Of a stretch of 64,000 bases of DNA, positions 1 to 25,694 are shown piece after piece. Source of the DNA: Balanoglossus misakiensis (taxonomy: Eukaryota; Animalia; Hemichordata); contig CM082584.2 of NCBI GenBank assembly GCA_040954595.2, forward strand, positions 5,708,110 to 5,772,109, written 5' to 3'. Position 1 is the stretch's first letter, and every line of letters begins with the position of its first letter. Position numbers and translations under genes: made by a program. The notes beneath the pieces are model-generated. The model was not told the origin of the DNA, searched no databases, and was given only the letters and a program-made list of their open reading frames with translations.

Positions 1-3000
1 GTCAAAAACTTGTCATTTTTTGATGATTTTCATGAGCTATAACCCATGATTTTTTTGAAAAAATGAAGAAATTTTGATGTTTCGGAAAGTCGAAAAATTG
101 TCATTTTTTGATGATTTTCATGAGCTATAACCCATGATTTTTATCAAAAAATGAAGAAATTTTGATGTTTCGGAAAGTCGAAAATTTTCATTTTTGATGA
201 TTTTCATGAGCTATAACCCATGATTTTTATCAAAAAATGAAGAAATTTTGATGTTTCGGAAAGTCGAAAAATTGTCATTTTTTGACGATTTTCATGAGCT
301 ATAACCCATGATTTTTATCAAAAATGAAGAAATTTTGATGTTTCGGAAAGTCGAAAAATTGTCATTTTTTGACGATTTTCATGAGCTATAACCCATGATT
401 TTTATCAAAAAATGAAGAAATTTTGATGTTTCGGAAAGTCGAAAAATTGTCATTTTTTGACGATTTTCATGAGCTATAACCCATGATTTTTATCAAAAAA
501 TGAAGAACTTTTGATGTTTTGGAAAGTTGAAAAATTGTCATTTTTTGGCGATTTTCATGAGCTATAACCCATGATTTTTATCAAAAAATGAAGAAATTTT
601 GATGTTTCGGAAAGTCTAAAAATTGTCATTTTTTGACGATTTTCATGAGCTATAACTCATGATTTTTATCAAAAAATGAAGAAATTTTGATGTTTCGGAG
701 AGTCAAAAAATTGTCATTTTTTCATGATTTTCATGAGCTATAACCCATGATTTTTATCAAAAAATGAAGAAATTTTGATGTTTCGGAAAGTCGAAAAATT
801 GTCTTTTTTTGACGATTTTTATGAGCTATAACCCATGATTTTTATAAAAAAATGAAGAAATTTTGATGTTTCGGAAAGTCGAAAAATTGTCATTTTTTGG
901 CGATTTTCATGTGCTATAACCCATGATTTTTATCAAAAAATGAAGAAATTTTGATGTTTCCGAAAGTCGAAAAATTGTCATTTTTTGACGATTTTCATGA
1001 GCTATAACCCATGATTTTTATCAAAAAATGAAGAACTTTTGATGTTTTGGAAAGTCGAAAAATTGTCATTTTTTGGCGATTTTCATGAGCTATAACCCAT
1101 GATTTTTATCAAAAAATGAAGAAATTTTGATGTTTCGGAAAGTCGAAAAATTGTCATTTTTTGATGATTTTCATGAGCAATAACCCATGATTTTTTTCAA
1201 AAAATGAAGAAATTTTGATGTTTCGGAAAGTCGAAAAATTGTCATTTTTTGGCGATTTTCATGAGCTATAACCCATGATTTTTATCAAAAAATGAATAAA
1301 TTTTGATGTTTCTGAAAGTCGAAATTTTTTCATTTTTTGACGATTTTCATGAGCTATAACCCATGATTTTTTTTAAAAAATGAAGAAATTTTGATGTTTC
1401 GGAAAGTCGAAAAATTGTCATTTTTTGACGATTTTCATGAGCTATAACCCATGATTTTTATAAAAAAATGAAGAAATTTTGATGTTTCGGAAAGTCGAAA
1501 AATTGTCATTTTTTCATGATTTTCATGAGCTATAACCCATGATTTTTATCAAAAAATGAAGAAATTTTGATGTTTCGGAAAGTCGAAAAATTGTCATTTT
1601 TTGACGATTTTCATGAGCTATAACCCATGATTTTTATAAAAAAATGAAGAAATTTTGATGTTTCAGAAAGTCGAAAAATTGTCATTTTTTGGCGATTTTC
1701 ATGTGCTATAACCCATGATTTTTATCAAAAAATGAAGAAATTTTGATGTTTCGGAAAGTCGAAAAATTGTCATTTTTTGACGATTTTCATGAGCTATAAC
1801 CCATGATTTTTATCAAAACTGAAGAAATTTTGATGTTTCGGAAAGTCGAAAAATTGTCATTTTTTGGCGATTTTCATGAGCTATAACCCATGATTTTTAT
1901 CAAAAAATGAAGAACTTTTGATGTTTCGGAAAGTCGAAAAATTGTCATTTTTTGATGATTTTCATGAGCTATAACTCATGATTTTTATCAAAAAATGAAG
2001 AAATTTTGATGTTTCGGAAAGTCGAAAAATTGTCATTTTTTGATGATTTTCATGAGCTATAACCCATGATTCTTATCAAAACTGAAGAAATTTTGATGTT
2101 TCGGAAAGTCGAAAACTTGTCATTTTTTGATGATTTTCATGAGCTATAACCCATGATTTTTTTGAAAAAATGAAGAAATTTTGATGTTTCGGAAAGTCGA
2201 AAAATTGTCATTTTTTGATGATTTTCATGAGCTATAACCCATGATTTTTATCAAAAAATGAAGAAATTTTGATGTTTCGGAAAGTCGAAAATTTTCATTT
2301 TTGATGATTTTCATGAGCTATAACCCATGATTTTTATCAAAAAATGAAGAAATTTTGATGTTTCGGAAAGTCGAAAAATTGTCATTTTTTGACGATTTTC
2401 ATGAGCTATAACCCATGATTTTTATCAAAAATGAAGAAATTTTGATGTTTCGGAAAGTCGAAAAATTGTCATTTTTTGACGATTTTCATGAGCTATAACC
2501 CATGATTTTTATCAAAAAATGAAGAAATTTTGATGTTTCGGAAAGTCGAAAAATTGTCATTTTTTGACGATTTTCATGAGCTATAACCCATGATTTTTAT
2601 CAAAAAATGAAGAACTTTTGATGTTTTGGAAAGTTGAAAAATTGTCATTTTTTGGCGATTTTCATGAGCTATAACCCATGATTTTTATCAAAAAATGAAG
2701 AAATTTTGATGTTTCGGAAAGTCTAAAAATTGTCATTTTTTGACGATTTTCATGAGCTATAACTCATGATTTTTATCAAAAAATGAAGAAATTTTGATGT
2801 TTCGGAGAGTCAAAAAATTGTCATTTTTTCATGATTTTCATGAGCTATAACCCATGATTTTTATCAAAAAATGAAGAAATTTTGATGTTTCGGAAAGTCG
2901 AAAAATTGTCTTTTTTTGACGATTTTCATGAGCTATAACCCATGATTTTTATAAAAAAATGAAGAAATTTTGATGTTTCGGAAAGTCGAAAAATTGTCAT

Positions 3001-6000
3001 TTTTTGGCGATTTTCATGTGCTATAACCCATGATTTTTATCAAAAAATGAAGAAATTTTGATGTTTCCGAAAGTCGAAAAATTGTCATTTTTTGACGATT
3101 TTCATGAGCTATAACCCATGATTTTTATCAAAAAATGAAGAACTTTTGATGTTTTGGAAAGTCGAAAAATTGTCATTTTTTGGCGATTTTCATGAGCTAT
3201 AACCCATGATTTTTATCAAAAAATGAAGAAATTTTGATGTTTCGGAAAGTCGAAAAATTGTCATTTTTTGATGATTTTAATGAGCAATAACCCATGATTT
3301 TTTTCAAAAAATGAAGAAATTTTGATGTTTCGGAAAGTCGAAAAATTGTCATTTTTTGGCGATTTTCATGAGCTATAACCCATGATTTTTATCAAAAAAT
3401 GAATAAATTTTGATGTTTCTGAAAGTCGAAATTTTTTCATTTTTTGACGATTTTCATGAGCTATAACCCATGATTTTTATCAAAAAATGAAGAAATTTTG
3501 ATGTTTCGGAAAGTCGAAAAATTGTCATTTTTTGATGATTTTCATGAGCTATAACCCATGATTCTTATCAAAACTGAAGAAATTTTGATGTTTCGGAAAG
3601 TCGAAAAATTGTCATTTTTTGGCGATTTTCATGAGCTATAACCCATGATTTTTTTGAAAAAATGAAGAAATTTTGATGTTTCGGAAAGTCGAAAAATTGT
3701 CATTTTTTGATGATTTTCATGAGCTATAACCCATGATTTTTATCAAAAAATGAAGAAATTTTGATGTTTCGGAAAGTCGAAAAATTGTCATTTTTTGGCG
3801 ATTTTCATGTGCTATAACCCATGATTTTTATCAAAAAATGAAGAAATTTTCATGTTTCGGAAAGTCGAAAAATTGTCATTTTTTGGCGATTTTCATGTGC
3901 TATAACCCATGATTTTTATCAAAAAATGAAGAACTTTTGATGTTTCGGAAAGTCGAAAAATTGTCATTTTTTGGCGATTTTCATGTGCTATAACCCATGA
4001 TTTTTATCAAAAAATGAAGAACTTTTGATGTTTTGGAAAGTCGAAAAATTGTCATTTTTTGGCGATTTTCATGTGCTATAACCCACGATTTTTATCAAAA
4101 AATGAAGAAATTTTGATGTTTCGGAAAGTCGAAAAATTGTCATTTTTTGACGATTTTCATGAGCTATAACCCATGATTTTTATCAAAAAATGAAGAAATT
4201 TTGATGTTTCGGAAAGTCTAAAAATTGTCATTTTTTGGCGATTTTCATGTGCTATAACCCATGATTTTTATCAAAAAATGAAGAAATTTTGATGTTTCGG
4301 AAAGTCGAAAAATTGTCATTTTTTGACGATTTTCATGAGCTATAACCCATGATTTTTATCAAAACTGAAGAAATTTTGATGTTTCGGAAAGTCGAAAAAT
4401 TGTCATTTTTTGGCGATTTTCATGAGCTATAACCCATGATTTTTATCAAAAAATGAAGAACTTTTGATGTTTTGGAAAGTCGAAAAATTGTCATTTTTTG
4501 GCGATTTTCATGAGCTATAACCCATGATTTTTATCAAAAAATGAAGAAATTTTGATGTTTCGGAAAGTCTAAAAATTGTCATTTTTTGACGATTTTCATG
4601 AGCTATAACCCATGATTTTTTTCAAAAAATGAAGAAATTTTGATGTTTCGGAAAGTCGAAAAATTGTCATTTTTTGATGATTTTCATGAGCTATAACCCA
4701 TGATTTTTTTCAAAAAATGAAGAAATTTTGATGTTTCGGAAAGTCAAAATATTGTCATTTTTTGATGATTTTCATGAGCTATAACCCATGATTTTTATCA
4801 AAAAATGAATAAATTTTGATGTTTCTGAAAGTCGAAATTTTTTCATTTTTTGACGATTTTCATGAGCTATAACCCATGATTTTTTTAAAATAATGAAGAA
4901 ATTTTGATGTTTCGGAAAGTCAAATTATTGTCATTTTTTGATGATTTTCATGAGCTATAACCCATGATTTTTATCAAAAATGAAGAAATTTTGATGTTTC
5001 GGAAAGTCGAAAAATTGTCATTTTTTGGCGATTTTCATGAGCTATAACCCATGATTTTTATCAAAAAATGAATAAATTTTGATGTTTCTGAAAGTCGAAA
5101 TTTTTTCATTTTTTGACGATTTTCATGAGCTATAACCCATGATTTTTTTAAAAAAATGAAGAACTTTTGATGTTTCGGAAAGTCAAAATATTGTCATTTT
5201 TTGATGATTTTCATGAGCTATAACCCATGATTTTTATCAAAAAATGAAGAAATTTTGATGTTTCGGAAAGTCGAAATATTGTCATTTTTTGACGATTTTC
5301 ATGAGCTATAACCCATGATTTTTTTTTTAAAAATGAAGAAATTTTGATGTTTTGGAAAGTCTAAAAATTGTCATTTTTTGACGATTTTCATGAGCTATAA
5401 CTCATGATTTTTATCAAAAAATGAAGAAATTTTGATGTTTCGGAAAGTCGAAAAATTTTCATTTTTTCATGATTTTCATGAGCTATAACCCATGATTTTT
5501 ATCAAAAAATGAAGAAATTTTGATGTTTCGGAAAGTCGAAAAATTGTCATTTTTTGACGATTTTCATGAGCTATAACCCATGATTTTTATAAAAAAATGA
5601 AGAAATTTTGATGTTACGAAAAGTCGAAAAATTGTCATTTTTTGGCGATTTTCATGTGCTATAACCCATGATTTTTATCAAAAAATGAAGAAATTTTGAT
5701 GTTTCGGAAAGTCGAAAAATTGTCATTTTTTGACGATTTTCATGAGCTATAACCCATGATTTTTATCAAAAAATGAAGAACTTTTGATGTTTTGGAAAGT
5801 CGAAAAATTGTCATTTTTTGGCGATTTTCATGAGCTATAACCCATGATTTTTATCAAAAAATGAAGAAATTTTGATGTTTCGGAAAGTCTAAAAATTGTC
5901 ATTTTTTGACGATTTTCATGAGCTATAACTCATGATTTTTATCAAAAAATGAAGAAATTTTGATGTTTCGGAAAGTCGAAAAATTGTCATTTTTTGATGA

Positions 6001-9000
6001 TTTTCATGAGCTATAACCCATGATTTTTTTCAAAAAATGAAGAAATTTTGATGTTTCGGAAAGTCGAAAAATTGTCATTTTTTGGCGATTTTCATGAGCT
6101 ATAACCCATGATTTTTATCAAAAAATGAATAAATTTTGATGTTTCTGAAAGTCGAAATTTTTTCATTTTTTGACGATTTTCATGAGCTATAACCCATGAT
6201 TTTTTTCAAAAAATGAAGAAATTTTGATGTTTCGGAAAGTCGAAAAATTGTCATTTTTTGGCGATTTTCATGAGCTATAACCCATGATTTTTATCAAAAA
6301 ATGAATAAATTTTGATGTTTCTGAAAGTCGAAATTTTTTCATTTTTTGACGATTTTCATGAGCTATAACCCATGATTTTTTTAAAAAAATGAAGAAATTT
6401 TGATGTTTCGGAAAGTCAAAATATTGTCATTTTTTGATGATTTTCATGAGCTATAACCCATGATTTTTATCAAAAAATGAAGAAATTTTGATGTTTCGGA
6501 AAGTCGAAATATTGTCATTTTTTGACGATTTTCATGAGCTATAACCCATGATTTTTTTTTAAAAAATGAAGAAATTTTGATATTTCGGAAAGTCTAAAAA
6601 TTGTCATTTTTTGACGATTTTCATGAGCTATAACTCATGATTTTTATCAAAAAATGAAGAAATTTTGATGTTTCGGAAAGTCGAAAATTTTTCATTTTTT
6701 CATGATTTTCATGAGCTATAACCCATGATTTTTATCAAAAAATGAAGAAATTTTGATGTTTCGGAAAGTCGAAAAATTGTCATTTTTTGACGATTTTCAT
6801 GAGCTATAACCCATGATTTTTATAAAAAAATGAAGAAATTTTGATGTTACGAAAAGTCGAAAAATTGTCATTTTTTGGCGATTTTCATGTGCTATAACCC
6901 ATGATTTTTATCAAAAAATGAAGAAATTTTGATGTTTCGGAAAGTCGAAAAATTGTCATTTTTTGACGATTTTCATGAGCTATAACCCATGATTTTTATC
7001 AAAAAATGAAGAACTTTTGATGTTTTGGAAAGTCGAAAAATTGTCATTTTTTGGCGATTTTCATGAGCTATAACCCATGATTTTTATCAAAAAATGAAGA
7101 AATTTTGATGTTTCGGAAAGTCTAAAAATTGTCATTTTTTGACGATTTTCATGAGCTATAACTCATGATTTTTATCAAAAAATGAAGAAATTTTGATGTT
7201 TCGGAAAGTCGAAAAATTGTCATTTTTTGATGATTTTCATGAGCTATAACCCATGATTTTTTTCAAAAAATGAAGAAATTTTGATGTTTCGGAAAGTCGA
7301 AAAATTGTCATTTTTTGGCGATTTTCATGAGCTATAACCCATGATTTTTATCAAAAAATGAATAAATTTTGATGTTTCTGAAAGTCGAATTTTTTTCATT
7401 TTTTGACGATTTTCATGAGCTATAACCCATGATTTTTTTCAAAAAATGAAGAAATTTTGATGTTTCGGAAAGTCGAAAAATTGTCATTTTTTGGCGATTT
7501 TCATGAGCTATAACCCATGATTTTTATCAAAAAATGAATAAATTTTGATGTTTCTGAAAGTCGAAATTTTTTCATTTTTTGACGATTTTCATGAGCTATA
7601 ACCCATGATTTTTTAAAAAAAATGAAGAAATTTTGATGTTTCGGAAAGTCGAAAAATTGTCATTTTTTGGCGATTTTCATGAGCTATAACTCATGATTTT
7701 TATCAAAAAATGAAGAAATTTTGATGTTTCGGAAAGTCGAAAAATTGTCATTTTTTGGCGATTTTCATGAGCTATAACCCATGATTTTTATCAAAAAATG
7801 AAGAAATTTTGATGTTTCGGAAAGTCGAAAAATTGTCATTTTTTGATGATTTTCATGAGCTATAACCCATGATTTTTTTCAAAAAATGAAGAAATTTTGA
7901 TGTTTCGGAAAGTCGAAAAATTGTCATTTTTTGGCGATTTTCATGAGCTATAACCCATGATTTTTATCAAAAAATGAATAAATTTTGATGTTTCTGAAAG
8001 TCGAATTTTTTTCATTTTTTGACGATTTTCATGAGCTATAACCCATGATTTTTTTCAAAAAATGAAGAAATTTTGATGTTTCGGAAAGTCGAAAAATTGT
8101 CATTTTTTGGCGATTTTCATGAGCTATAACCCATGATTTTTATCAAAAAATGAATAAATTTTGATGTTTCTGAAAGTCGAAATTTTTTCATTTTTTGACG
8201 ATTTTCATGAGCTATAACCCATGATTTTTTAAAAAAAATGAAGAAATTTTGATGTTTCGGAAAGTCGAAAAATTGTCATTTTTTGGCGATTTTCATGAGC
8301 TATAACTCATGATTTTTATCAAAAAATGAAGAAATTTTGATGTTTCGGAAAGTCGAAAAATTGTCATTTTTTGGCGATTTTCATGAGCTATAACCCATGA
8401 TTTTTATCAAAAAATGAAGAAATTTTGATGTTTCGGAAAGTCGAAAAATTGTCATTTTTTGATGATTTTCATGAGCTATAACCCATGATTTTTATCAAAA
8501 AATGAAGAAATTTTGATGTTTCGGAAAGTCGAAAAATTGTTATTTTTTGGCGATTTTCATGAGCTATAACCCATGATTTTTATCAAAAAATGAAGAAATT
8601 TTGATGTTTCGGAAAGTCAAAAAATTGTCATTTTTTGATGATTTTCATGAGCTATAACCCATGATTTTTATCAAAAAATGAAGAAATTTTGATGTTTCGG
8701 AAAGTCGAAAAATTGTCATTTTTTGATGATTTTCATGAGCTATAACCCATGATTTTTATCAAAAAATGAAGAAATTTGGATGTTTCGGAAAGTCGAAAAA
8801 TTGTCATTTTTTGACGATTTTCATGAGCTATAACCCATGATTTTTATCAAAAAATGAAGAAATTTGGATGTTTCGGAAAGTAGAAAAATTGTCATTTTTT
8901 GACGATTTTCATGAGCTATAACCCATGATTTTTATCAAAATATGAAGAAATTTTGATGTTTCGGAAAGTCGAAAAAGTGTCATTTTTTGACGATTTTCAT

Positions 9001-9045
9001 GAGCTATAACCCATGATTTTGTCAAAAATTGAAGAAATTTTGATG
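1..9045. repeat. Tandem satellite array, 88-bp monomer, about 103 copies, open at the window start
   Basis: The unit GTCGAAAAATTGTCATTTTTTGACGATTTTCATGAGCTATAACCCATGATTTTTATCAAAAAATGAAGAAATTTTGATGTTTCGGAAA recurs every 87-89 bp with few substitutions. Confidence 0.98.
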
Positions 9046-9197
9046 TATGCATGTATGTATGTATGTATGTATGTATGTATGTATGTATGTATGTATGTAT
9101 GTATGTATGTATGTATGTATGTATGTATGTATGTATGTATGTATGTATGTATGTATGTATGTATGTATGCATGTATGTATGTATGTATGTATGTATG
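9045..9197. repeat. (TATG)n microsatellite terminating the satellite
   Basis: Near-perfect tetranucleotide run; it explains the YIHT/MYVC ORFs. Confidence 0.97.
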
Positions 9198-9843
9198 TGT
9201 ACACTTAAAAAATCTTAACACTTGGTTTTGGAAATCTAGGTGATACCGTAGCTATGAGTTTCTGGAAATTTTCACAAAATCAAAGACTGTACGAAGACAA
9301 ACCATATTTCCATTTTCGGAAACTGCAAAATTTTATTGCCCTTATTTAACAAAATCAAGCACTATTCTCTATGTTTATATGAGAATACTCAAATTACATC
9401 GAACTTCAAATCTCTACTTAAAATATGACAATAAAATCCAAATATATATCTTCCTTTCAACACAAAAGTCGCACATGCAAGCAACATAGGGCATGTTACA
9501 CGACACAAATTTATACATTTGTTTAGTAACATTTTTCTGTGATACAGCAAACTAATTACGTAGAACGTCCTGATTGGAAAGTAATAAAATTAACAAAAAA
9601 ATGCAATAATTTAAATACTGTTATTTACTTTGCAATAAGGAGCATGTAGCTATATCTTTGAGGTCAAAGCCCCATCTGTAAACTAAAGGAATCACATTTT
9701 ATTATCAGAGGATGAACTTTTGATATTGTCTCTCATGTTAATGTTATGTAAATACAGCTCAAATAATAAATAGTTTCCATATTTTCCCCAAACATTCATT
9801 TCTATGGCAAAATAAATACAGCAACATTTACTAAAGCACACTA

Positions 9844-10022
9844 CAGTCAAACCTGTGTTAGTGACCACCTCTATATAGTGACCACCTCTATATAGTGGCC
9901 ACTATGTTACAGTCCCTGTGCAACTTACATGTGCATTAATTGACCTGTCTATAAAGACCACCTGTCTATAAAGGCCAGTTTATGACAGTCCCTTGACTGG
10001 CCACTATACACAGGTTTGACTG
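9844..10022. mobile_element. Tc1/mariner-pogo-type MITE
   Basis: TA|CAGTCAAACCTGTG ... CACAGGTTTGACTG|TA terminal inverted repeats with TA on both sides; internal GACCACC subrepeats. Confidence 0.85.
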
Positions 10023-11257
10023 TACCACATAACCAAACAGTATGCAAAGAAGATGAACATTTTACTTTTGAAGCAAAAATGAAACCTCACAGAGGCATTG
10101 TCATTCTTTTAACATGAATGGGATTCAAACTAAGTAAAAATCCAACTATTCTCATGCTGCTTACAGGAATATATGTCTCAGAGAAATAAAACGAAAGTAA
10201 TTCAAAGCTAAAAAAATACACCATTACACAGGTTACAAGTCGTAACTACAAGAAATTATATGGCTTACTGTCAATCTTGGTAAACAAAACTTTTATGACA
10301 AAAGTAAAGTGTCAATTACATTGTATTTCTCAATATTCCTCCTATACAAAATGTAAAGTTTAGGGTTCATTTCAGCTGTCTCTACTGCCTTGTAGTAATA
10401 TACATCATCATGCAATTATGTTCACACACTATGGGAACTTTGAACGTTCCATGTTGAAGTAGGCACCACCCAGTCACTCAAGAAATTAATCTAAAATACA
10501 TCTACATAGTTTTAAGAAAAGTTAATACTGGATTTGATCCATGGGATATATAAAGTAAGCTTAAAAACGCATGAATGTTACACTGGTGTTTATATTACTG
10601 ACTGTATTAGGGCTTTCAAAATCAAACTATCCAGCAGAACTATAACACCAATACAGTAATATTTATTAATTACATTTTTGTCCATGCATCAATTACAGGT
10701 ATTACTCTTGTCATGGTGACAGGAAAACTGAAACAGTTTCCTCTTTCATTTCACCCCATTTTCGTGTACTGAAGTCCTGCACTGCCTTTTGAAATCAATG
10801 GGGATTGGAACAAACCACTGTGGCAAAAAGGTGGAGATTCGAAGTAAAAATTATGAACACTGCAAGAAAACCACTCAAAAGATGGAATTTGTAACCGATC
10901 ACAAGTCCACATGGGTAAAAGAAAATCATTTACCCAAATTTATCAGTTCAAACACACTCCAATCATGTGCGCGTGTTTACATTAAGATAAATGTAACACA
11001 ACCTAGATGTACCTTCAATCATAGACAATAGAAGCTTCAAAACTGCATGATAAATGTACGATCTACTCCCAGATACTATTGTCAATGTGTCAAAGTACAC
11101 TGTTCAGTGTAATATTAATTTAAAAAACGCACCACTCCAAAATATGTCACTAATAATCATGATGACAGAGTTGGCATTGCATATGGCAGCAAAGGTGAGC
11201 TACATGATGGTATGGTATTGAACTTCTTGACTTGCTGCTATTGAATTTTACTAGATA

Positions 11258-11347
11258 ACCCTTTCACCACCATGGTTTAGTCCAAATCCATTGTTTTCTA
11301 CGGCAAAGTTGGACCTCTAAAGAGGAAAATAGGGGTTAAAGGGTTAA
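11258..11347. mobile_element. About 90-bp piggyBac-like MITE; second copy at about 12548-12637
   Basis: TAACCCTTTCACC...GGGTTAAAGGGTTAA. A related copy (CCACCATGGTT-AGTCCAAATC...GTTGGAC...AAAGGGTTAA) lies in the TRIM23 intron near 12.6 kb. Confidence 0.6.
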
Positions 11348-11407
11348 ACATGCTCTTAACCTTTTGAAATCCATTCATTGAGAAATTTTGGTTTACCACA
11401 TTAGACT

Positions 11408-11634
11408 GCTTTCATGACCCTGAGTGACCTTACATCATAGCGTTTTTGTTCGATGACATCACTCATTATTTAACTTTTCACCTTTTTATAATTGACAAAA
11501 TTCAATGTTTTGTTCTCGGATGATTTCGCACAAATTCAATAGTATGGTGACTGTTCCAGAGCTTAAACTGAAAGTAGTAAACTCACTGGGACAAAAATTC
11601 CAGGATGTAAAGGTCACACAGGGGTCATGGAAGC
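11408..11634. mobile_element. Degenerate inverted-repeat element; related shorter copy at about 24005-24095
   Basis: GCTTTCATGACCCTGAGTGACCTTACATC pairs with GATGTAAAGGTCACACAGGGGTCATGGAAGC. The same right arm recurs at 24060-24092. Confidence 0.6.
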
Positions 11635-11808
11635 GGGCTATTGTTTTCAGTGGTTAGCTTGGTAACATAACATCACATTAAATGAAAAAAACAAGGCTTG
11701 AGCTTGATACAAAGTCATTCAAAGTTCTACGACTTCCAGAATTTCCCAGGAGTGAAGTATCAGAAATCTGCTTTTGTCAGCTGACAGTGAGATGAGATTA
11801 GATGATGG

Positions 11809-17650
<5,842 letters not shown>

Positions 17651-17958
17651 TTTCTCCTCCTTCACTTCCCACGGCAAGGCCACTTATGTTGCTGTAAATT
17701 ATTGGACTGCGTCATCTTGCGACACATCACCAACGTGATTATTTTTCCAATATAGACAAAAATACGTGGCTAAGAAGAAATTTAAGTGCGTTTATTCAAA
17801 TACAAGGAGATAAACGATGTTCGAATTCATGAAATGTTAGAAAAAGTCTAGTTTGAGATCAGAAATCAAAACCAAAACACTGAACCCCGGAGGTGACCTC
17901 TCGGTGACCTTTTAGGTAAACAAATATACAATGTGGCACAAGCTAAGGGGTGTTATCA
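17651..17958. promoter_or_regulatory. Bidirectional promoter region TRIM23/TRAPPC13
   Basis: Divergent start codons 308 bp apart; two GGTGACCT half-sites at about 17892-17910. Confidence 0.75.
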
Positions 17959-23529
<5,571 letters not shown>

Positions 23530-25694
23530 ACATTTGATGTGTCTGCCTGGAATTAATGTAATCTTTCCAGTAGTATTTGTCTGTAAATACAAAATGTATC
23601 TGGTCTGCTACAACTCAGTGCATGTAAATATTCCACAGTCCTGATGTTTAGGTTATCTCCAACATCCAGATGATTGTAGCAGTAAATCAACAATCTGCAA
23701 AATACATGCATGCATGCATCCAATAATAATGATGGTCGATCCATCAATACACATACTGACGTGCAGGTCACAGACCAGTCCCACTCCACTGAGAAACAAA
23801 CATTTCTGGACTGGGCCTTTGGATTCAATGTACACATACAGTACATGTAGAGATCGATTTTGGATAATGTATGAGACATCAGATCAGTGTAAATAAATAA
23901 AGTTATCATTCCACATTATTCACTCAGTGTTGTTTCTCTGTGCAAGACATTATTTCAGTATGGGACAACTTGTCCACTCGACTGTGTGCTGTACCACAAT
24001 AGGCCATTGTCACGACCCCTATGTGACCTTCATGTGTGATGTCATACCAACAAAGCACCAGGATGTAAAGGTCACTCAGGGGTCATGAAAGTGAACCATT
24101 ACCATTTTGCTGCCGAGAACACAATAAATGAAGCCATATTTGGTCTTTTGCGAGGGGTTCTGTCAGTCATTTCAGCATGCATCAAATTTTGATATGATTG
24201 TCAGGAAATTAACATACTAGTGTACACATGATAAGATTGCCAAGTACCAATGCCATGGTTGCAGGACAGACATACATGTAGGTCCTGCCCATCTGTTAGC
24301 TATGTTATGTAACACATGAGGCTTAAAAAAAGAAAACCACAAATTTTCATGAATGCATAAAAGCATTTTGTAATTCAAAAAAGTACAGTTCTACCTAAAA
24401 ATGTGACAGTACAAGACATTGCTGTATCAAGCGTTGACAGCAGTCCGACAAATGGAACCATAAATTCTTTGTTAGAGAGTTGATATGAGAGTTGACTGAT
24501 ATGAAAACAAAGTCCAGACTTGGAATCATGATATAAATACATGTATAGCATTGAAAGAAACAGATGACTAGGATTTCAAACGATGACATGAATGGAACTG
24601 ACATGCTGATGTGTATGGCAGAAATAATAGTCACTCCAAATAGAGTAGACACAACTATGAAGAAATATTTATTTTACTGTAAAACTGTTCCAATGACCAA
24701 CCATCACATTCTCATGTCTCCAGATTATCTGATAAACGGTATCTGTCTCAGACACGTCTTGCACTTTGGTAAAATGTTTTTCTATTTGTATGTACCTTGT
24801 TCACTCGAGGGGTATATGGTTCTTTAGCAGTTTTCTTTCCCACTGTAAATGAGTCACCTGGAAAACTTTTTTTCAAAGTTGAAAGAGATTACAATTTTTG
24901 AACACATTAGAAAATGAGAAGTAACTTTGACTCAGAAAAAGGAAAACTCATTGTCTAAGCTTTACAGCATTATCTGCAATAATATACATTGTACATTTTG
25001 TATCTACAATAGAACGGTCATATTCCATAGAATGTTGGAATGATGGAAGATGACAATAGCAATTGTTAAGATTTTAATTGGAATCAAGCAAATCCTGTAA
25101 TAAAAGACCAGCATCTACTTGACACAAATCCTCTTAGCATTGTTAGATAATTTTCTAAAACTAAGCAAATTTAACGTTTTCAGGAATCTGTTACAACTTT
25201 ACATTCACCAACTGCTAAAGGAATCCTCGATTTATTTTTAATTGAGGGGTACCCTCTGTAATATAAATACATTGTGCAAGGGTTCAATTTTCTATCTTGA
25301 ATTCTTCACAGAAATCAGCTTTAACCATCCCAGTTTTATAATGAAAATAGTACCAGTGGAGCTCCATAGCTTTTACATTGAAGCAAGCTCTCAGAATGTG
25401 GATTTTGTAACAATCACCACTGTATTGCAAGCTAACTAGTAAATATTGCAGCAGATATTGTCATGGATTGACACTCTGGTGCACAATGAATTTTTAGAAT
25501 CAAACTGTCGCATATCATCACAGCTAACGCTGGCAATGTTAATACAATTCTATCATTATAATAATGACTATAGCCACAAACAGTGGACTGCATGTACGTT
25601 TTTCTGGTAAAAAAAGTAGTATTCCATGTAAATTCATTTGTAGTGAAATAAATGCCGCTTCCATCCTGGTGTAGAATACTTGGCAAACACAGAA

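Noticed and set aside
1-9045. CRISPR-like array or CENP-B box in the satellite
   Set aside because: There are no unique spacers. TTCGGAAAGTCGAAA has the wrong spacing and lacks CGGG for a CENP-B box.
8909-9243. ORFs rich in YIHT/MYVC; likewise LFIY (18479-18991), FIHS (55218-55535), 56825-57133 and poly-I/S/M (58785-59091)
   Set aside because: Translations of microsatellites.
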